Below are positions 58,839 through 64,000 of a stretch of 64,000 bases of DNA, one piece after another; position 1 is the stretch's first letter, and each line of letters starts with the position of its first letter. This stretch comes from Spirochaetia bacterium (GTDB taxonomy: Bacteria > Spirochaetota > Spirochaetia > SP-2023), in the NCBI GenBank assembly GCA_965263295.1, contig OZ253665.1, positions 2,272,001 through 2,336,000 of the forward strand, in the 5' to 3' direction. The notes below the pieces were generated by a model. The model made no database searches. It was given only the letters and a program-made list of their open reading frames with translations, and had not been told where the DNA came from. Position numbers and translations under genes: made by a program.

Positions 58839-60230
58839 ATGAAATTTATCTTAGATTTCTTTACCGTGTTTGACGGTTTTGTCTGGGGTCCGGTGATGCT
58901 CGTGCTGCTCGTGGGCGGGGCACTGTTCCTGAGTATTGGCACTAAACTGATTCAGTACCGCAAACTCGGCAAAACCTTCCGCACGATGAGGGACAAAGGC
59001 GATCAGGCTGGCGACGTCAGCCCGTTCGCGGCCCTGATGGCGGCTATGTCTGCCACGGTGGGAACGGGCAACATCGTGGGTGTGGCCACGGCTGTCGCTA
59101 TGGGAGGTCCCGGTGCGGTATTCTGGATGTGGCTGCTGGCCATCTTGGGCGGTGCCACGAAATTTTCCGAGGCGGTTTTGGCGGTAAAGTTCCGCATTAC
59201 GAATGATAGGGGAGAGCGCGCCGGCGGGCCGATGTATTATTGCAGCAGGGGTATGGAAAGTCAGTACGGCGGCAACTGGAAATGGTTTGGCTGGCTATTT
59301 GCGTTGTTTGGCGGCATCGCCTGTTTTGGCATTGGCAATTTGACGCAAATCAATGCCATTACCGCCAACCTGGAATCCGCTTTTTCCTTTGACAAGTATT
59401 TTTGCGCCATTGTTGTGGCCATCTTGATCGGGGCTGTGATCATCGGCGGCATCAAGCGAATTGCCCGAGTCGCCGAGTTTTTGGTGCCGATAATGGCCAT
59501 TATTTATGTCGTTGCCGCTCTAATTGTTTTATTTTCTCACGCGAGTCATATTCCCGCTGCCTTCGGTCTGATTTTCAGCCACGCCTTTGATGGCTCCTCC
59601 GTTGTCGGCGGCCTGTTTGGCGGCGTCATTCGCTACGGTCTCGCCCGCGGAGTATTTTCCAGCGAAGCCGGCCTTGGCTCGGCCCCAATGGCTCATGCCG
59701 CCTCTTCGACCAATGATCCGGTAAAACAGGGCCTTCTGGCGGCGCTTGAACCCCTGATTGATACTCTGATTATTTGCAGCATGACGGCTTTGGTCTGCAT
59801 TATGTCGGGCTATTTGAACTTTGGTGGCGAAGGTGGGATGTTACAGACAGACTACACTGGCGACATATTGACCCAAAAGTCTTTTGACAAGGCGATCCCG
59901 TTTGGCAGTGTCGTTGTCGCGATTTCCCTCACGTTTTTTGCCTTTTCTACCAACATATCCTGGTACTATTACGGCTCTAAATGCTGGGAATATATCATTG
60001 GTCATACAAAATTTATTTTATTTTTTCAGATACTCTGGGTCGTGGTATGTTTTGTCGGTGGTATATCCAGGTTGGATGTGGTCTGGCTGATTGCCGATAC
60101 CTTTAATGGCTTGATGGCTTTTCCCAACCTGATCGCGCTCTTGGCGCTCTCTCCGCTGATCTTCAAGACGGTGCGTGACTTTGATGCCAAGGAAAAAGGC
60201 GCTGAGCTGGAAAGCAAACAGCAGGGTTAA
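58839..60230 (+). CDS. Alanine/glycine:cation symporter (AGCS family)
   Basis: ATVGTGNIVGVATA..MGGPGAVFWMW, GGPMYY, RG.FS.EAGLGSAP, DTL.ICSMT, NGLMA.PNLIAL. Confidence 0.93.
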   Translation: MKFILDFFTVFDGFVWGPVMLVLLVGGALFLSIGTKLIQYRKLGKTFRTMRDKGDQAGDVSPFAALMAAMSATVGTGNIVGVATAVAMGGPGAVFWMWLLAILGGATKFSEAVLAVKFRITNDRGERAGGPMYYCSRGMESQYGGNWKWFGWLFALFGGIACFGIGNLTQINAITANLESAFSFDKYFCAIVVAILIGAVIIGGIKRIARVAEFLVPIMAIIYVVAALIVLFSHASHIPAAFGLIFSHAFDGSSVVGGLFGGVIRYGLARGVFSSEAGLGSAPMAHAASSTNDPVKQGLLAALEPLIDTLIICSMTALVCIMSGYLNFGGEGGMLQTDYTGDILTQKSFDKAIPFGSVVVAISLTFFAFSTNISWYYYGSKCWEYIIGHTKFILFFQILWVVVCFVGGISRLDVVWLIADTFNGLMAFPNLIALLALSPLIFKTVRDFDAKEKGAELESKQQG

Positions 60231-60259
60231 GCTCCGCACTTTTTGTCATTGTTGCATAG

Positions 60260-60299
60260 AAAGATCTAGGGTGTTTCCTAACGTAAGCCCTAGATTTTT
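60260..60299 (+). terminator. Putative terminator between convergent genes
   Basis: AAAGATCTAGGG...CCCTAGATTTTT. Confidence 0.6.
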
Positions 60300-60346
60300 A
60301 TGTGGATTTTTATTTTGAGTTATCCGCGGTTTTTAAGAAAAAGTCG

Positions 60347-60781
60347 TTAATTTCGGTCATTATTTCGCTGCAATTGTTTTTCCATGCCCTCAATGCGCCG
60401 GCTGACGGTATTTAGGCGTTGTTCAATGGAATGCAGAACCCAGAAATTAAAGTGGCTCATGCGGCTCAGGCTGCTAATGAGCATAATTATTTTCACGCTT
60501 ATCAGCAGGATTCCAAACTCGACCGCATAAATGGGGTCAAATAATTCAAATACAATATCGACTACGAACACAGCGATTATAACGAACAAAATCAGGACGT
60601 TAATGACTCGTTCCTTCTTGCGGCTCTGCACACCCCCTATCTTGGCCAGTATGTCATCCATAGCCCCTTGTTCTTTCTGGTAAGAATCAATTTCTTCCTG
60701 CAGAATTTTTTCGGCATCGGGCTCGGCGGCTGTACTCTCAGGGGCGTCTGTGCTGACGGGACTGCGGGGGGAGGCGTTCAT
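60347..60781 (-). CDS. Hypothetical membrane protein (2 TM segments plus coiled coil)
   Basis: GGAG RBS; two hydrophobic helices; HF.FW.L.SIE.RLN motif. Confidence 0.75.
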   Translation of the reverse strand: MNASPRSPVSTDAPESTAAEPDAEKILQEEIDSYQKEQGAMDDILAKIGGVQSRKKERVINVLILFVIIAVFVVDIVFELFDPIYAVEFGILLISVKIIMLISSLSRMSHFNFWVLHSIEQRLNTVSRRIEGMEKQLQRNNDRN

Positions 60782-60917
60782 TGTTGATTCTCCTATTTTC
60801 AGCTCTTGCTCGCCGTAATTCTAATGCCTAGAATTGGGAAAGTCCAGCCGTATCTGAGCAGTAAAAAGGCTTGTAGCCATTTCAATAATTGGGGGCTTTG
60901 ACGCTTGCCGGTGTATG

Positions 60918-62360
60918 CTAGCTCATCCAGTCGACTTTATTTTCGGCGTTCCACTTGGTGCTAATCTTGCGGTGGATGGTCCACAACGGCAATGACTCTG
61001 GGCCGGTAATGTCAGCCGTGCCAAAACGCGAGGCTTTAATGCCGCCAAAGGCAAATGGGTCGCGCGGTACCGGCACGCCGACATTTAGCCCCAACATGCC
61101 GGCTTCCAATTGCCGTAGCAGTTCTGCCGCGCTGCGACCATTCTGGGTGAAAATGGCGGCGGCGTTGCCGTAGGGAGAACGTCGCTGGAGTTCCGCGGCT
61201 TCGTGGATGTTCTTTGCTCCGATGATTTCCAAAGTCGGGCCAAAGATTTCTTCGCTGGGCATCTGGGCGCCGGTTCCCCGATAATCAATAATTGATGTGC
61301 CCATGTAGTAGCCTTGTTCAGGTTTGTCTGCCTTGCGCCCATCTACAACGACATTTGCCCCCGCAGAGCTCACTTTGTCTAGGTAAGCTCCAATCCTGGC
61401 CACCGCCGTCTGCGAGATTAACGGCGGCAAGTCCTTGCCGGCCAGTTGGTTTTGCGCCGCTGCAATCAGCATATCTATGTGCTTGTGCGTATCGCCCACA
61501 GCGAGCAAGACGGAAGCCGCCATACAGCGTTGGCCACCCATGCCCGTCGCCGAGGCTAAAATGTCGCGCACCACCATGTCGGGATCGGCATCGGGCAACA
61601 GAACGATGTGGTTCTTGGCGCCGCCAAAGCTGGCTACGCGCTTGAGGTTTTGCGCGCAGCGTCGGTAGACCACTTCAGCCACGGGAGTCGAACCGACAAA
61701 AGACACGGCGGCAATGCCCGGATGATCGCAAATGCCTTCGACAATGTCTTTGGCCCCGTTGATTACTTGTAGCAAGCCATCGGGCAAGCCGGCCTTTTGC
61801 AAAAGTTCCGCGGCTTTTAGCGCACACAGCGGCGTCATTTCAGAGGGCTTGAGTATCATGGCATTACCCAAGACCAGAACTAAAGGCATTGTCCAGTGCG
61901 GCACCATGAGCGGAAAGTTAAACGGCGCTATCGAGCTGCATACGCCCACGGGGACAAACTCATCGCGGCATTCGACACCGCGGCTGACCATCTGGATGCG
62001 GCCCGTAAGCCAATTTGGCGTGGACGCGGCAAACTCTGCCAGTTCAAGTGCGCGGTCGACGCCGGCCTGGGCTTCCGCCATGGACTTTCCGTTTTCCTTG
62101 TGGCATAGCGCTGCCAGTTCGTCGCGCTGCTGTTGCAAGAGCGCGCGATAATTATACATCACTTGAGCGCGACTCTTGAGGGTGTGGCCGCTCCAGTCTT
62201 CCTGGGCTTTTGCCGCGCTCCTCACCGCGGCATTGAGCTGTTGCTTGCTGGCCAGCCTCATGTTGCCCAATATGCGGCCATCCAAAGGGCTGTCGACAGG
62301 TATTAGTGCCGCCTCGCCGGGGACGTAGGCCCCATTCATCCAGTTGCAGATTTCTTCCAT
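60918..62360 (-). CDS. iolA: CoA-acylating (methyl)malonate-semialdehyde dehydrogenase
   Basis: PFNFP.MVP.W, KPSE.TP, SFVGST, GGAKNH, GQRCMA, YGNAAAIFT, NVGVPVPR.PF.FGG. Confidence 0.9.
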   Translation of the reverse strand: MEEICNWMNGAYVPGEAALIPVDSPLDGRILGNMRLASKQQLNAAVRSAAKAQEDWSGHTLKSRAQVMYNYRALLQQQRDELAALCHKENGKSMAEAQAGVDRALELAEFAASTPNWLTGRIQMVSRGVECRDEFVPVGVCSSIAPFNFPLMVPHWTMPLVLVLGNAMILKPSEMTPLCALKAAELLQKAGLPDGLLQVINGAKDIVEGICDHPGIAAVSFVGSTPVAEVVYRRCAQNLKRVASFGGAKNHIVLLPDADPDMVVRDILASATGMGGQRCMAASVLLAVGDTHKHIDMLIAAAQNQLAGKDLPPLISQTAVARIGAYLDKVSSAGANVVVDGRKADKPEQGYYMGTSIIDYRGTGAQMPSEEIFGPTLEIIGAKNIHEAAELQRRSPYGNAAAIFTQNGRSAAELLRQLEAGMLGLNVGVPVPRDPFAFGGIKASRFGTADITGPESLPLWTIHRKISTKWNAENKVDWMS

Positions 62361-62371
62361 GCTGTAAGCTC

Positions 62372-63157
62372 CTATTTGTCTGGCCAGATGACTGCGCTTT
62401 TTTCATTTAGCCAATTGTGCTGCGGGTTGATTGTGCGCTCACGCCAGGGGTCACCGGGGAGGTGGCGGATCATCCAGCAAAAATACATGGCGTAGCCAGG
62501 AGCTGAGGTTTGCGGGTGATCCTGGCCCCCCGCTATCAAGGCCGCACTGCGGTCGCGGATGGCATATGCCCGTTCGCCGATGTGGATTGAACCAAAGCCC
62601 TGCGGGTAGTTAAAGCGGTAGTAATAAATTTCTGGCTGGCGATGCGAGTGCGGGGGGTAGCTGGACCAGCGGCCCGGATGGTTAATGACTTCGCCGAGTA
62701 CCATCTGGGAATATGGCGCCGTGTCGTAGTCAAAGATGGTACAAACCGAACGGACCGCGCTGTCGTGCCATTGTCCGGCGCCAAAGACCTCTACTTTGAT
62801 GTCTTGGGGGCGGTAGTAGCGGGCCGGAAATTCCTTGGGGTTTGTGGCTTGCTGTAAGATTACCTCACTTGGCTCGTCCAGACTTTCGAGCCGTACTTCC
62901 TGTCCTTTGGAGACGTGCAGGCAGCAGGGGGCGTGATCAAAGCAATTGGGGCGCAGGATTTCTTCTGTCCGTCCTTGCCACTGCAGGCGCAGGTGGCCTT
63001 CGATCAGTAATATCGCTGACTCGCGCTGGATATCGCGCAGCACAAAACTGTCTCCCGCGCGCAGGCGCAGGAGGGAAAAGTTTTGGCGCATGCCACTGGC
63101 GTCAGATTCTTGCGTGTAAGTATTTAGTCCATCATTTATGCGGGGTTGGATGAGCAT
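62372..63157 (-). CDS. iolB: 5-deoxy-glucuronate isomerase (IolB family)
   Basis: GEV...PG.WSSYPPH.H.QPEIYYYRF..PQGFG, HP..APGYAMY..W. Confidence 0.9.
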   Translation of the reverse strand: MLIQPRINDGLNTYTQESDASGMRQNFSLLRLRAGDSFVLRDIQRESAILLIEGHLRLQWQGRTEEILRPNCFDHAPCCLHVSKGQEVRLESLDEPSEVILQQATNPKEFPARYYRPQDIKVEVFGAGQWHDSAVRSVCTIFDYDTAPYSQMVLGEVINHPGRWSSYPPHSHRQPEIYYYRFNYPQGFGSIHIGERAYAIRDRSAALIAGGQDHPQTSAPGYAMYFCWMIRHLPGDPWRERTINPQHNWLNEKSAVIWPDK

Positions 63158-63177
63158 GATTTATCCTTTATCGCCGG

Positions 63178-63999
63178 CTATGCGTCGGGGTCCGAGATCA
63201 TAAAGTCGCGCACAAGGGAAAGCAGCTTGCTGTAGTCGGCGATAAAGGTGCGCAGGGTTCGCCTTGTGGCGCCAAAGTCGTCGAATTCCTCTGCGTTCAT
63301 GCCGCCGGGCTCGTAGGCGCGCACAAAGTCTGGGTATAAATCCTGCAGCTCGCGCACAATCGCGGGTTCCACAGCTTTACTCATGCGTTCTTCCACCCGG
63401 ACTTTTGACTGGTTGAAACGTTGTTGCCACTTGTGGGGAATGGTCAGGACAATATCGCCGCCAATGAATTCGCTCCAGTGGTAGTGATTGCGATAGGCCG
63501 CCGCCAGTAGGCGACAGCGGTAGCCGCGTTCCCGATAGATGCCATAGGCCCGCTTCATGGCCGCTACGCCCGCCCATTCAAGGATCTCAGGATTGGGAAC
63601 CAAACCTTGCCTGTCGGTGACGATTTTTAACCAGTCGTCCAGTCGTCCCACCATAATGGTGCAGACTGGAGTTAAATGGTCGTTCTCCTTGCCTTCAGAC
63701 TCCCGGCGTCTCAAGCCGCGTTCCACGGCTTCGGCCACGGCTAGCGCCTGTGCCACGGTAAAGCATACTGTGGCATTAATATTAACGCCTCGGTAAGTCG
63801 ACTCTTCTATCGCCGTGATCCCAGCCTGGGTCGCGGGTATTTTAACCATGATATTTGCCGCCAGCGTATCAAAATGTAGGGCCTGCTCGGTCAGTAATTT
63901 GGCCGAGCGATAGTATTGGCCGTTCGTTTGTATGCTAATACGACCTTTTTTTCCCCTTGTCGCCGCGAAAATCGGTTGCAGCAGGCTGCCGCCGGCCAC
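63178..63999 (-). CDS. Transaldolase-family protein (5' end outside the window)
   Basis: NIMVKIPAT.AG (Schiff-base Lys), GVNINATVCFTV.QA, MVGRLDD, AGVA. Confidence 0.88.
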   Translation of the reverse strand: MAGGSLLQPIFAATRGKKGRISIQTNGQYYRSAKLLTEQALHFDTLAANIMVKIPATQAGITAIEESTYRGVNINATVCFTVAQALAVAEAVERGLRRRESEGKENDHLTPVCTIMVGRLDDWLKIVTDRQGLVPNPEILEWAGVAAMKRAYGIYRERGYRCRLLAAAYRNHYHWSEFIGGDIVLTIPHKWQQRFNQSKVRVEERMSKAVEPAIVRELQDLYPDFVRAYEPGGMNAEEFDDFGATRRTLRTFIADYSKLLSLVRDFMISDPDA

Positions 64000-64000
64000 A

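Overview
A 64 kb chromosomal window from a moderately GC-rich bacterium, inferred to be a spirochete (Borrelia/Treponema-like L34 C-terminus, spirochete-style lipoprotein signals, GyrA with Gln at the E. coli Ser83 position). Left to right it holds: a partial thiol peroxidase and a two-gene (split GshF-type) glutathione synthesis pair; ugd, a WbpE/DegT aminotransferase and two glycosyltransferases; ffh and rpmH-rnpA-yidD-yidC-jag (no dnaA); a hairpin-rich 750 bp gap; a glycogen cluster (CBM48 protein, glgP, glgA, glgB); a ~1770 aa lipoprotein built from 13 shuffled Ig/cadherin-like repeats; argJ; a methyltransferase; a sugar ABC transporter; lptCAB; gyrA; an ABC exporter; nadE; a low-GC neuABC + DUF268 island; a pentose/polyol ABC transporter with a polyol dehydrogenase; a WlbA/WbpB-like oxidoreductase and a GT2; an M48 protease; a small lipoprotein with an (AT)9 tract; an amino-acid symporter; and the end of an inositol-type catabolic operon. 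No rRNA, tRNA, CRISPR array, transposase, integrase or reverse transcriptase was recognised. The most striking unexplained structure is a family of short elements with 10-bp-phased CACGAAA motifs. They occur in inverted orientation at ~27.7-28.0 kb and ~57.3-58.6 kb, next to both variable lipoprotein genes, and bracket a ~30 kb block whose GC skew looks reversed in spot counts. All product calls come from motif recognition by eye; no database search was run.
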